A stretch of 64,000 bases of DNA from assembly GCF_009914755.1 (NCBI RefSeq), contig NC_060948.1. The stretch is one strand, 5' to 3'. A program made the position numbers and the translations under genes. Below, piece after piece: positions 26,421 through 48,000 of this stretch; the stretch's first letter is position 1; each line of letters starts with the position of its first letter. Below the pieces are notes generated by a model. That model was given only the letters and a program-made list of their open reading frames with translations, was not told the origin of the DNA and searched no databases. This stretch comes from the human T2T-CHM13v2.0 reference genome, Homo sapiens.

Positions 26421-27859
26421 ACTATTTTTTCTTTCTTTTTTTTTTTTTTACCTATCCTTAGTTGCATAACCAACATCTTTTGATGACACATGGTCATTTC
26501 TCCAGGAAAAGACTGACTGTCTCTGTGGAGGAACTCCATAATTCTCTCTTCCATTACATTTAATATTAAAATGATGGAACATAATGTAAAGAACACGAAA
26601 TCTGAAACATTATTTTCTCTTCTCTCAAACAACTTTTTAAAATTATTTCATCTACGTCTCCATTCTTTTTTTCCCTAAATTACTAGAAAATCATGACACT
26701 GTGAATATTTCTTATGGCCTTGGATAACCCCATGGCTCCTGCAAGGCCAGTTCTTCTAACAAAGCTGAAGGCAGATGTTAATTCTTTTGTAAAAGTTCAT
26801 TTTAATGTTTAATAACTACTTAGTTATTATTTTCCTTTTTATAGAATTACTAATGAATACTAATGACACATGGAAAATGTAAAACCATCAAACTCTCCAC
26901 TGATTTTAAAGTTTACATACATTGTCCTTTCTCAGCTGAAGAAGGTAAATTTTCCCATGTTGTTCAGTCCATCTCACACACACAAATACTGCCACCTTTG
27001 AATGACTGCATGCTAAACTTTTACCTAAAAGTTCTCCTTTATCTCTAAGTGGTTGGCTCTATCTTAAATGTTGGCAAATTAAAATATACTAGTGAAGATT
27101 TTCTAATGATGACCAAGATTTTCTTATACTGCAATAAGCAATAGTGTTCAAGGGGTCATTATCACATTGTTGTTATTTCAAAATAGAAAAGGTTCTCCTT
27201 TAATATACTCTTCACGTGCTACTCCTTAGAGGTCTGTCTTTCACTTATAATATGTTCACTGGCTAATTTTCCTATGGAAATGTGTTGGCTTGTGTATCCT
27301 GAAGACAATAAATAACTAACTTCACTGATACTCTACACATGAAATGTAAAATTAAAAATGGCAGTTTTCATTTTCCTCCATCTTAGGATGGAGGACAAAG
27401 TAAGAATTTTATTTTGTTCTGCTAAACGTCGTCCCTAAGAATTTTTATTTATTGTCTTGTTTTCTTCTGTTCAGTCTGCAATCTTACAATTCTCCTTCTC
27501 AAAAATATTACTTCTATTCGATCCTACTGTTCAACTCTTGTTGCTTAGTTCTAAATTCTCACCTCAAATAATTTCAAATCTTACACTAAGGTCTTGTGTT
27601 AATGTTTAAACATCCAGGTACAATCTTAATTATTGATTTACATCCCCTTATATTTCATAACTCTACACTTCTGTGATATCCACTTAATTTAAGAATATTG
27701 GACTCCTTCATGTCTAACTTACAAGCCTTAAATTATTTTTTAAATAATGTTTAAGCTCAGTGAATCTTTTTCTGCTAAATATTCTTGCAGTTCTTTTCAA
27801 TCTTTATATAAGCAGGAAAAATGCCTCACGGATTAGAATTATTGAGGTCTCAAAACCTA

Positions 27860-28145
27860 GATGGCCAGGCTAACTGGCTAACACTGTGGGCCAGTGTGGA
27901 AGGGTGAGGCACCTGGACTGCTTGAGCCCCGGGCTTTAATGTCAGTTTTGTCAATGTGGTGAGATCCTCTCTCTACAAAAATATAGGGGAAAAAACTTAG
28001 CTAGATATGGTGGTGCATGGCTATAGTTGCAGCAACTCAGGAAAATGAAACAGGAGAATTGCCTGAGCCCAGGAGTTTAAGGCTGTAGTAAGCCATCATC
28101 TCACCTATGCACTCTGACCTCATAAGAGCAAGACTCCAACCCAAC
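27860..28145 (+). mobile_element. Degenerate old Alu
   Basis: 'tctctacaaaaat', 'ggagaattgcctgagcccaggagtttaaggctgtag'. Confidence 0.7.
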
Positions 28146-29564
28146 AAAGGAACTGAACAAGCAATTTTTAGAATGGGACACCAGGGAACCACTACCAGGG
28201 GACCTAGGAAATGGAAGAATTCATTAGATGAAGAAGACTACAATCAAAGAATACTGCTAGGAACTGTTAGAATTATTAAGGGGAATTCTCTAGCAAACAC
28301 AGGATTAAAAGTAATGTTGGCCTCACTCTAATAACTTATTTCACCTGCAATGAGAAGCTCAAGTATTTCTTTACCATAAATCTGAAATGTAGTTAGTGAT
28401 ATATAAACCATAATAAAAGGTATCAGTCTGAATTATGCCCATGTATGTGTCACTCCTCTTTCGTTCGATGAAGTTAAAGTTAAGCATTCAAGTAAAATAG
28501 CTTATTTTTAGTCATACGAAAAATACTGTCTTTCTCTCTGGTAGCACTTACCTTGGCCTCCCATCCAACTACTGCTTCTTGCCACAGCAGGAGCAGATTT
28601 TGTAGGAGGAGGACCTCCACTTCTTGAAGGTGGACCGCTTTTAACTGGAATGTGCCCCCTAGAAGAACTCATGTTGAGATCAAGAGTTTATCCACCATCA
28701 TCTGTATTTCAAACAAAATCTTTTTAGTTGACTAACATCACTGTTTCTTAAATAGCTAAGTTTTAGTTGTTTATAAAGATTTTCTACATATTATAATCTT
28801 ACAAATTCACATTTGTCTAAACTAATAAAATTAACATTTTTATATGAAATAAGTACAATTCAAGCAATAAAAGTCCATTTAGAAAATCTAGAAAGAAACA
28901 CAAGAATCATAATATGTTTGCGTGAGAGAGAGATGTGGAAAAAGTGGGGAGTGAACAGGGAGCAGAAAACTATCAGTAAAATATCTAAGTATAATATATA
29001 TAAAAACATTGAAAGAAAAATGATAAATGACTGTTTATATCATTCTCTTATGAGGAAAAATTTTCAAAGCATATCATAAAGATAAACTAAATTCCATTCA
29101 AAGAAACTCAGATATTTACAATATCAAAAGGTGACACATCAGGAAAATATATTATCTCTAAAATTTGTTAACATAATATTGAATTCTTACAATTCCCTTA
29201 TGAAACACTAATTTTCAGGTTAGACTATGCTAAATATTAATAATCTTTAAGAATTCCATATTAAATAATATGAAAAAATATTTTTATATATCTACAAAAA
29301 ATGTAGATATATGCCAATTGCCAGGCAGTGTTACAGGTTAGAATATGCACATTCTTATCCACGGCAGAATATTATTGAACCTCACCCTCAAGACCAATGG
29401 AGACAAAATAATCATGAAGCTGTGTTTCTTAAAATGGAGCAAACACTGCAATTTCAACTTTAAAAAACATCTCCCATTAATTAAAAATCTGGTTACTAAA
29501 CTCAAAATTAAATGATATATATTTGAAGGTTGATTAGTAGATAATAAAAGTTTAAAAATGGATT

Positions 29565-29720
29565 TATTATTTATTGAGATGGACTCTTGCCATATCCCAC
29601 AGGCTTGAGTGCAAAGTCGTGACCTTGGCTCACTGCAGCTTCCACCTGCCAGTTTTCAGTGATTCTCCTGCCTCAGTCTCCCGAGTACCTGGGATTAGAG
29701 GTGGAAATCACCACACCAGA
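29565..29720 (-). mobile_element. Alu right monomer
   Basis: gagatggactcttgc ... ctcctgcctcagtctcccgagtacctgggatta; it breaks into the AT minisatellite at the linker position. Confidence 0.85.
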
Positions 29721-30488
29721 TATATCTATATCAATATCTATCTATATATATAATATGTTTATATTATATATAAATACATGAAATATATTTATTTCTATAT
29801 ATAAATACATGAAATATATATATTTTCATACATAAATACATGAAATATATATATTTTCATATATGAATACATGAAATATATTTATTTTCATATATGAATA
29901 CATGAAATATATTTATTTTCATATATGAATACATGAAATATATTTATTTTCATATATGAATACATGAAATATATTTATTTTCATATATAAATATATAATA
30001 TATTTATTTTCATATATAAATATAAATATATTTATTTTCATATATAAATATAAATATATTTATTTTCATATATAAATATATATTTATTTTCATATATAAA
30101 TATATAATATATTTATTTTCATATATAAATATATAATATATTTATTTTCATATATAAATATATAATATATTTATTTTCATATATAAATATATAATATATT
30201 TATTTTTATACATAAATATATATTTATTTTTATACATAAATATATTATATATTTGTTTTTATATATAAATATATTATATATTTGTTTTTATATATAAATA
30301 TATTATATATTTGTTTTTATATATAAATATATTATATATTTGTTTTTATATATAAATATATAATATATTTATTTTTATACAAATATATAATATATTTATT
30401 TTATATTTATATATAAATATATATTTATTTTTATATAAATATATAATATATTTATTTTTATATATAAATACGTTATATATATATATAT
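29721..30488. repeat. AT-rich minisatellite (~23-31-bp units)
   Basis: Units 'tacatgaaatatatttattttcatatatgaa' grading into 'tataaatatataatatatttattttcata'. Confidence 0.92.
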
Positions 30489-33402
<2,914 letters not shown>

Positions 33403-33792
33403 TTTTATTTATTTTTATATATAAATATATAACATATTTATTTTTATATATAAGTATATAAAATACATTTATTTTTATATATAAGTATATAAAATACGTT
33501 TATCTTTATATAGAAATGCATAAAATATGTTTATCTGTATATAGAAATGAAAAAAGTACATTTATCTGTATATAGAAATGCATAAAATACGTTCATCTGT
33601 ATATAGAAATACATAAAATACGTTTATCTGTATATAGAAATACACAAAATATGTTTATCTGAATCTAGAAATACATAAAATACATTTATCTGTATATAGA
33701 AATACATAAAATATGTTAATCTGTATACAGAAATACATAAAATACCTTTATTTTATAAAGAAATATATAAAATTATAAATATATATACAATA
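33403..33792. repeat. AT-rich minisatellite (~29-bp units)
   Basis: Repeats of 'aaatacataaaatacgtttatctgtatatag'. Confidence 0.9.
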
Positions 33793-34305
33793 TATGGTTT
33801 GATTTTCTTTTTTATGTAGAAATAACCCCTTATTTCTTTTGTGTAAATCACTCATGAATATCATTTTCAGAGACTCATCCTTCAGCAAAGAAAGATATAT
33901 AGATATGTGTGAAGCAGTAGTTCTTAGACATTTCCAGAGTCACAGACTGTTTTCAGAAATTAAAGTTCTACATTTCTTCAATTGAAAACGCTTTATGGCA
34001 AGCCAATGTACAAACTCTGTTTATCAAAATTACAAAGCGATTCATCTGCATAGATGTTTGCACAGGTATACACACATAAAAAATGAAATATTGAAAAATC
34101 AATCTTAAGTACTGAGTTACTTTTTTCCCATTTGAAAACTGTAAATATTCCATTGTATTTTGATAATAAAACTGATTTGAATTTCTGGGCCCTGGAGTAG
34201 AAAACTCTAAAGTATAATAAATATAAATGAGTTATGCAGAAAACCAGTTGAGTACAGGCAATCAGCATTCATAAAATCAATTCAGTTTGAAATCTGTGTT
34301 ATTTC

Positions 34306-39019
<4,714 letters not shown>

Positions 39020-39763
39020 GAAATCTGTGTTATTTCAATGCAAAGTTGTTACAATTTTAAAATGAATTTTAGATATTAATTCAATCATTCTTATAATACA
39101 CCTTTAGTAATTAGAGATAATTGTGCTTATCAATAATTAATATTCTGCTCATAAAGATAATAAATAAAATTGAGAAATTTTGATACCTTCAAACTTGTTT
39201 TCTTTCAGTCCCATGGTTCCACCTTTATATTTTAAAACATTACCCAAGTGTTCTTCATGTGAGGGCAGCCACGCTCTTTTTCCTCCACTACTTCCTCTTG
39301 CAGATCTCAGATTTGCTGACGGGCTTCTGTTTCTTGAAGAAGGTGGTGGTCTCCGCCTACCACCACTTTGAAAAGACGGTTTTTTGGCTTATTCTACTTT
39401 TATTGCTTTTCGATCCAAAGACTAAAAGTACTAAGGGTACCATCAATAACATTGGCACATTTAACATAAGCACATTTACAAACATTTTTACATCAACTAC
39501 AGTTCATAGTTAATTAGGTGACAGGAAAATGTTGGAAGAAGTGTTTTGAAGTCACTTTGTCTTTAAAAATGCTTTACTTGAGCAAGGACTAAACCGTTGA
39601 GGAAGTAATCTAGGAATATATTTGGAGGAAGAGAATTCCAGGCAGAGAAAATAACCATTGAAATAATTCTGAAACTAGAATTAAGCAAATAGTCATACTG
39701 CCATCATGTGGCAAGATGAACTAAGGAAAACTCTTAAGTGAGATCAAAGACAAATCCTTTTGA

Positions 39764-40343
39764 TTTTATTCTGAGTATAATTCCGGCTACTGGGAGAACA
39801 AACTAAGCTACACGTGAGTGTCCGAATCAAGCAGAGAGACCAAACAAATGATGATGCTTCAACAAATGTAATGGCAGAGGAGGTGATACACACAGTCGTT
39901 TCATGTGACTGTATAAACCGTATACTTGGCTGAGGGCATAAGTAATAGTCAGATAATGATGTTGAATATGTAGGTGATTTTTTATTGTTACAACTTTCCT
40001 CTAAATTCCCTCTAGTATTTGGTTTTACTCTTTTAACCAGAGTTTCAATTATTTATGCCTAAGTGTTATATGGAACTCATTAGGTATGTACCATGTAAAA
40101 TTTCTTACTGTCCATCCAGTAATATAAAATTTGCATGTGATAGAAAAGTATAATTTATATGTTTAAGTTAATATTTTATAATGTATGTATAAACCCCTTG
40201 TTATATAGCTAATTTATAAATATAAGTGTTCCAAAACATATATATGTATCTGTATACTTTATAATATATATGAATTGCATATAGATGAAATGTATGCATT
40301 ATATATATTTTAATTCATGTATAGTATATGTCTATATGTATTT
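39764..40343. repeat. Direct repeat copy 1 (~580 bp) flanking an L1
   Basis: Colinear with 43169-43772: 'ctgagtataatt..ggctact.ggagaacaaact', 'caaatgtaatggcagaggaggtga', 'ttatttatgcctaagtgttatatggaactc'. Confidence 0.9.
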
Positions 40344-43168
40344 TTTATATACTTTAAGTTCTGGGGTACATGTATCGAACGTGCGGTTTTGTTACACTGG
40401 TATAAACCTGCCATGGTGGTTTGCTGCACCCATCAACTTGTCACACACATTAGGTATTTCTCCTACTGCTATACCTCCTCTAGCCCTCCACCCCTGGCAG
40501 GCCCTGGTGTATGATATTCCCCTCCCTGTGTCCATGTGTTCTCATTGTTCAACTGCAACTTATGAGTGAGAATATGTGGTGATTGGCTTCCGGTGCTGGT
40601 GTTAGTTTCCTGAGAATGGTGCTTTCTAGCTTCACCCATGTCCGTGCAAATGACATAAACTAATCTTATTTTATGGCTGCTTAGTATTCCATGGTGTATA
40701 TGTGCCACATTTTCTTTATCCAATCTATCATTGATGGACATTTGAGTTGGTTCCATGTCTTTGCTATTGTGAACAATGTGTCAATAAACGTAAGTGTGCA
40801 CGTGTCTTTATAGTAGAATTATTTATAATCCTTTGAGTACATAACCCATAATGACATTGCTGGGTCAAATGGTATTTCTAGTTTTAGAGCCTTGAGGAGT
40901 CACCAGACTGTATTCCACAGTGGTTGAACTAAGTTACACTCCCACCAACAGTGTAACAGCGTTCCTACTTATCCACATCCTCTCCAGCATCTGTTGTTTC
41001 CTGACTTTTTAATGATAGCCATTCTAACTGTCATGAGATAGTATCTCATTGTGGTTTTGATTTGCGTTTCTCTAATGACCAGGGATGATGAGCTTTTTTC
41101 ATGTTTGTTGACTGCATAAATGTCCTCTTTTGGGAAGTATCTCTTCATACCCTTCACTCAGTTTTTGATGGGTTGGTTTAGTTTTTTTCTTGTAAATTTG
41201 TTTAAGTTCTTTGTAGATTGTGGATATTGGTCTGTTGTCAGATTAATATGTTATCCCTTGTCAGATGGCAACTTTATGGTGATAGCATTGAATCTATAAA
41301 TTACTTTGCACTGTAGGGCCATTTTCATGATATTGATTCTTCCTATAATGAGCATGGAATGCTTTTCCACGTATTTGTGTCCTCTCTTATACCTTGAGCT
41401 GTGGATTGTAGTTCTCCTTGAAAAGGTCCTTCACATCCCTTGTGAGTTACTTTCCTAGGTATTTTATTCTCTTAGTAACAACTGTGTGTGTGAGATGACT
41501 GTGATTTGGCTCTCTGCTTGTCTGCTATTGGAGTATAGGAATGCTTGTGATGTATGCACATTGATTTTGTATCTTGAGACTTTCCTGAAGTTGCTTATAA
41601 GCTTAAGGAGATTTTGAGGTGAGACAGTGCAATTTTCTAAATATACAATCTTGTGATCTGCAAACAGAGACAATTTGATTTCTTCTCTTTCTCTTTGAAT
41701 ACACTTTCTTTCTCTTGTCTGATCGCCCTTGTCAGAACTTCCAAAACTGTGGTGAATAGGAATGGTGAGAGAGGGGGTAACCTTGTCTTGGGCAGGTTTT
41801 TAAATGGAAAGCTTCCAGGTTCTGCCATTCAGTATTATATTGGCTATGGTTTTGTCATGAGTAGCTTTATTATTCTGAAATGCATTCCATCAATACCTAG
41901 TTCACTGACAGTTTTTATCATGAAGTATGTTGAATTTTATCGAGGGGCTTTTCTGGATCTGTTGAGATAATCATGTGGTTTTTGTCATTGATTCTCTTTA
42001 TGTGATGGATTAGGTTTATTGATTTGTGCATGTTGAATCAGCCTTGCATCCCAAGCATGAACGTGACTTCTTCATGGTGGATACACTTTTTGATATTCTG
42101 CTGGATTTGGTTTGCCAGTGTTTCATTGAGGATTTTTGCATCAATGTTCATCAGAGACATTGGCCTGAAATTTTCTTATTTTGCTGTGTCTCTGTCAGAT
42201 GTTGATATCAGGATGATTCTGGCCTCATAAAATGAGTTAGGGTGGATTTCCTGTTTTTCTATTGTTTGGAATAGTTTCAGAAGGAATGGTACCAGCTCCT
42301 CTTTGTGCCTCTGGTAGAATTCTTCTGTGAACAACCTACTCTTCGACCTTTTGTTGTTGTTGTTGTTGATAGGCTCCTAATTACTGCCTCAATTTCAGAA
42401 CTTGTTAGTGGTCTATTCAGAGATTCGATTTCTTCCTGGTTTAGATTTTGGAGGGTGTATGCATCCAGGAATTTATCCATTTCTTCTAAATTTTCTAGTT
42501 TATTTGCATAGAGGTGTTTACAGTATTCTCTGATGGTAGTTTGTATTTCTGTGGGATCAATGGTGATATCCCCTTTATCATTTTTTATTACGTCTGATTC
42601 TTCTCTCTTTTCTTCATTAGTCTGGCTAGTGGTCTATCTATTTTGTTGATCTTTTCAAAAAACCAGCTCCTGGATTCATTGATTTTTTTGAAGTGTTTTC
42701 ATGTCTCTGCTTCCTTCAGTTCTGTTCTGATCTTATTTATTTTTGTCTTCTCCTAGCTTTTGAATTTGTTGCTTTTGCTTTTCTTGTTCTCTAGTTCTTT
42801 TAATGTTGATGTTAGTGTGCCAATTTAAGATGTTTCCTACTTTCTCTTCTGGACATTAAAAGTGCTATATATTTCCCTCAAAACACTGCTTTAAATGTTT
42901 CCCAGAGATTCTGGTATGCTGTGTCTTTGTCCTTATTGGTTTCAAATAACATCTTTATTTCTGCCTTCATTTCATTATGTACCCAGCAGTCATTGAGGAG
43001 CAGTTTGTTCAGTTTCCACATAGTTGTGCAGTTTTGAGTGAATTTTTAAATACTGAGTTCTAGTTTGATTGCACTGTGGCCTGAGAGACTGTTTGTTATG
43101 ATTTCTATCCTTTCGCATTTGCTGAGGATTGTTTTACTTCCAACTATGTAGTCGATTTTACAATAAGT
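40341..43168 (-). mobile_element. Older L1PA (PA7/PA8-like), 5'-truncated with an internal deletion
   Basis: 3'UTR 'tatactttaagttctggggtacatgt'; broken ORF2 pieces ([30 protein letters not shown]); ORF2 jump at ~41268. Confidence 0.92.
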
Positions 43169-43772
43169 GTTTACTCTGAGTATAATTCTGGCTACTAGGA
43201 GAACAAACTGCAAGCTGCAAGTGGGCATCAGAATTAAACAGAGAGACTAAACAAATAATGATGGCATCAACAAATGTAATGGCAGAGGAGGTGACACAAA
43301 CAGTCATTTCACATGATCGTATAAGTTGTGCTTTGCCTAAGACTGCTTGGCTAAAGGCATAAGTAATATTCAGATAATGATGTTGAGTATGTAGGTAATT
43401 TGTATTGTTTAGAACCTTCCTCTAATTTCCTTCTAGTGCTTGATTTTACTGTTTTAACCACAGTTAGAATTATTTATGCCTAAGTGTTATATGGAACTCT
43501 TGAAGTATGTACAATATATTATTTATTACTGCCCATCAAGTAATATGAAATGTACATGAGATAGAAAAGTAAAATTTATACTTATAGTTTAGTATCTTTT
43601 AATTTAATATATAAGCCATATAAACTATATAATTTATTGATATAAGTATTCATAAACATATACAAGATATGTATCTGTATATTTTATAATTAATATATAT
43701 GTATTGCATGTATATGTAATTTATGCATTACATATTGTAATACATGTATACTACACATCTATGTGTATTTCT
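43169..43772. repeat. Direct repeat copy 2 (~600 bp) flanking the L1
   Basis: Paralog of 39764-40343; ends at TTTCT/AA. Confidence 0.9.
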
Positions 43773-43850
43773 AACATATATGGTTAACTTTGTTTCCAAC
43801 CATTCAGGTACAGCAAGGTCATCCTGTTCTTTGCCTCTTTGGCAGTCACT

Positions 43851-43926
43851 GCCTGGTCAGTGATACCTCAGTAGTAGGCCTGGTCAGTGATACCTCAGTA
43901 GTAGGCCTGGTTAGTGATACCTCAGA
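43851..43926. repeat. 27-bp tandem triplication
   Basis: gcctggtcagtgatacctcagtagtag x ~2.8, near-perfect. Confidence 0.95.
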
Positions 43927-45099
43927 AGCCTGTTATGACCCCGTTCTTGTCATCAGGACAGCCCAATACATATCTTGAATGAGATGGCTTATCAAGGCAT
44001 CCCAGAAACCACTGGGGGTATTTTTTTCTCTATCCTGCAATTTTTCTCCTGGAGTAGAAGATAGTCCACAAAATACAGTTACCTCTAATACAGGCTCTGA
44101 CAATTTGATCTTTCATGGATTCTCAGAACAAATAAGGAGGAGAAGATTAAGCACTTCCCCAGTGTACAGAAAGCACCGGAACCCCCACTGAATGTTTTTT
44201 TTTTTTTTTGGTTAGAATAATAGAGATTTTTTCATGCCAATAGACTATTACACTTTCAAAGTGGTCACCTCTCCTCAGCTAGCAAATTCCCAATGGTACA
44301 ATCCCGGATTTCTCCTGCTGCCAAACCACGGGATCATCCTGGTACAGCTGAATGCTGGAGTACCCCAGAAATGGAAACTTCTCAATATTTCTTTTTTTTT
44401 CTGGACTCCAGAACTCCCAAACAGATATTAAACCTATAGCCTGGAATTTTCCTGAGAAAAATACAATGGATTATAAATATTAAGCTGTGACTGATTCAGC
44501 AAGATTCTGGATTAATACATTAGCTAGTACAATTAGGCTTCATACTCTACCATTAGTTAATGCTGGTACATCCTGGTTTCTCTTTTCAAGTGGGATAGGT
44601 GAATCTCAAGTTCCTGTTAAGATGGATACTGGTCAGTCTCAAGTTCAATTTATTAATGTTCCATCTCATGGACAACTTGTAGCTAAACCTTGGCTAGAAA
44701 TTACTCCTGAAGTTGAAACTTAGAAACAATTTTTAGCTTATAAAACAGGAACAGTGATGCAGATTAAATCCAGTGAAGAGAGTACTAGAAACCAAAAGTA
44801 TCATGTAGCTCATAGAGTTAACCCTGGTGCAAAACCAGCAACTTACAACTAGATTCCACCAGTACTTTTCATAGTTAATAAAATTGAAATATGGACTCAT
44901 TGATCACTCAATGAAGATGGATCTCAGCATCCTACAGTAACCCATACCTTTGAACCATGGTGTCAGCTAGTGTTGAATATATTTGTATCCCCAAGAAATT
45001 ATAGAAAGGACAGATGGATACTAGATTCTCACTGAACCTGAGTCAACTCAGTTCTGGATTTCTTCTATACTGCATACTCTTCATGTGCAAAGTTAAAAG

Positions 45100-48000
45100 G
45101 TGACAATATTAGGGCTTGGACACAACAGAAAACCAGTATAATGAGGCCCTCAAATCAAATAGATAGATTGAGTCCATTGAGTAAACATGTGGCTATTATT
45201 ACTGAAACCCCTGATGCAGACATGAATCTTAATACATCCTATTATGAATGCAATTGAGCCCTCAATTCACTCCAAAGTTGAGATGATCAAACCCTGAAAG
45301 CAGCCTAAAACAGCCATAGTCCTAACATGGATCTAGTCAGAAACTCAATCAGGAAGACTCTTGACTCACCTGAAAGCTGATACAATTAAACAACAGTTAC
45401 AAATTGAAATAGAAAGAATGAGACCTTGGATTCAGCATAAATTTAAAATACTGAGGCCCAGAACCCAGACTCAAGAATGGAAAGAAAAACACTGGACCCA
45501 ACCAGAAGCAGATCCAGTTAGGTACTGGTCCCAAACTGGGATGGAAACAGTGGTACCCAGGCCCCAAACTGGAGGTGATAGATCCAGACCCTGAAATCAC
45601 ACTGAAGCTGATATCATCAAACTTTTGTTTTGATCTCAAGCAGAGACAGTCACACAGTGGAGAGAACCAGTAACTCTGACAAATCAGCATTGGATACAGT
45701 CTGAAACTGAAATATTGAGGTTTTGGAACCAACCTGTGACTGATAAGTTAAGAGACTGGATACAACATGAAGCTTATGCATTTAGACTCTGGGGCAAGTT
45801 TGAAAGTGTTAAAGTTAGATCGTGGACCCAAGCTGAAGATGACACTTTGAGACCCTGGAATCAGAAAGACATTGGTGTAATTGACCCCTGGGTACAAAGT
45901 AAAGCTACCGTACTAACACAATGGATGCAGGGAGAGTCTCAAGAATTAAATCCCTGGACACAATCTAAAACTCACACAGTCCCACTGTGGACCCAGACTG
46001 AAACTCCAATAGTAAACTCTTGGACCAAGATGTTAGCAGATACAGTCACAACATGGACAAAGGCTGAATTTCAAAAATTAACATCCTGAAGACAGTCTGA
46101 AACTGATCCAATCATACTGTGAACTATTGCCAAATCTCCAGCAGTGAATCTCTGGACACATTCTGTATCTGATAAAGTCACATGTTGGAACCAAGAAGAA
46201 TTTCCAGCCTTATTTCCCTTGACATATTCGTATAGCTAAGACAGTCACACCATGGATCCAGGATAGATTTACAACAGTGAATCTCTGGGCAAAAACTATA
46301 GCTGAAACTGTCATACCATTGACCCTTGATGAAATGCACCAATAAATCCATGGAAAGATTGCAGCCTGAATATCTAGAAGGAAATAACTTACTCCCATCT
46401 GAATTTAATCCAGTCTCATTGTGGACCATGGCTTATTTGCCAGCAGTAAATTACTGGATACAGTTTGATACTGAGGCAATAACACTGTGAACCCAGATTG
46501 AGGCTCCAGCAATACATTCCTGGAAACAGTAGGTAACTGATATAATCACACTAGGGACCAATGATGAATCACTAGTGATGAATTCATGAATATATTCTCC
46601 TATATCTGATACAGTCATAATAATGTGTATCTAGGCTGAATCGCTATTATTACATCGTTGGAAACAGTCTGAAACTGATATACTCACAACATGGATTCTG
46701 GCTGAAACTCTAGGAGTAAGTCCCTGGGCACATGATATATTCCTATCATGGACCCACCCTGAACATCCACCAGTATCTTGGACTCAAACATGGATTCTGG
46801 GTGAAACTCCAGCAATGAATCCCTGGAGAGAGGCTACAGCTGATATGGTCCTACCAAGGAATTAGGCTGAACTTAAAGAGGGAAATGCATGGACAAAGTC
46901 TGAAATGTATACAGTCACAGAGTGGATCCTGGATAATTCTCTAGCAGTAAATTCATGGACACAGACAACAGTTGATGCAGACAAGCTGTGGACCAAGCCT
47001 GAATTTTCAGCCGTAAATCCCTGGGCAGTCTCTGGGTGATAGTACTATACTGTGGATTCAGGATGACTCTCCAGCAATGAATCCTTTTACACAGTATCTA
47101 TCTTATAGAATCAAACCATGGGACCAAGATGAATCTTCAGCAGTAAAGCATTTGACACAGGCAATAGCTTATACAATCAAACTCTGGAACCAAGTCAAAT
47201 TACCTGCCATAAATCTCTGGAAACAATATGAAACTGATACCTTCATACAGTAGACCAAGACTGAATCTCCAAAAGTAAATGACTGGACACAGCCTATACC
47301 TGCTGCAGTTATACCACAGAACCAAGATGAACCTGTAGGAGTAAATCCCTCCACAAAGCTTGAAACAGAAATTGTCTTACTGTGGACCCAGGCTCATTCT
47401 AAAATCAATAATCTCTGTACATATACTTATTGATAGAGTGAAACCATTGGCTAAGAATGTTTATGTAGTAGTAAATCTATGGAGACAGTCTAAAACTGAG
47501 AAAGTCACATCATGGACCCAGGATCTGTTGCCAGCAATAAGTCACTTAGCATTGGCTGTAACTCATATAGACACACTGCAGTACACGGATGTATTTCTAA
47601 TAATAATTCTCAGGAGAGAGGCTCTAGCTGATATATTCATAACATGGACACAGACAAAATCACCAGCAATCAATTTCTGGTTACAACCTGTACCTGATAC
47701 AGTCACACTATGGACCTAAACAAAATATCTATAAGTAAACACTTGGAATGAGGCTGAATTTCCAGCTGTAAATCCCATGATGCAGTCTAAGTCTCTAATT
47801 GTAAATATCTGGACAGAGTCTGAATGTTCAGTCCCAAGTCCTCTGTTACAGGATGAGACTGACACAGTCATACCATGGACACAGACTGAATTTTTGGCAG
47901 TAAATCCATGGACCAAGTCTGTTGCTGATACATTCACAGTGTGTACACAGCCTGTAACTCCATCATTAATCTTCTTTTCATAAAGTTTACATGGTACACT

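Noticed and set aside
43851-43926. 27-bp direct repeats as a CRISPR-like array
   Set aside because: Head-to-tail repeats with no spacers, eukaryotic context and no cas genes.
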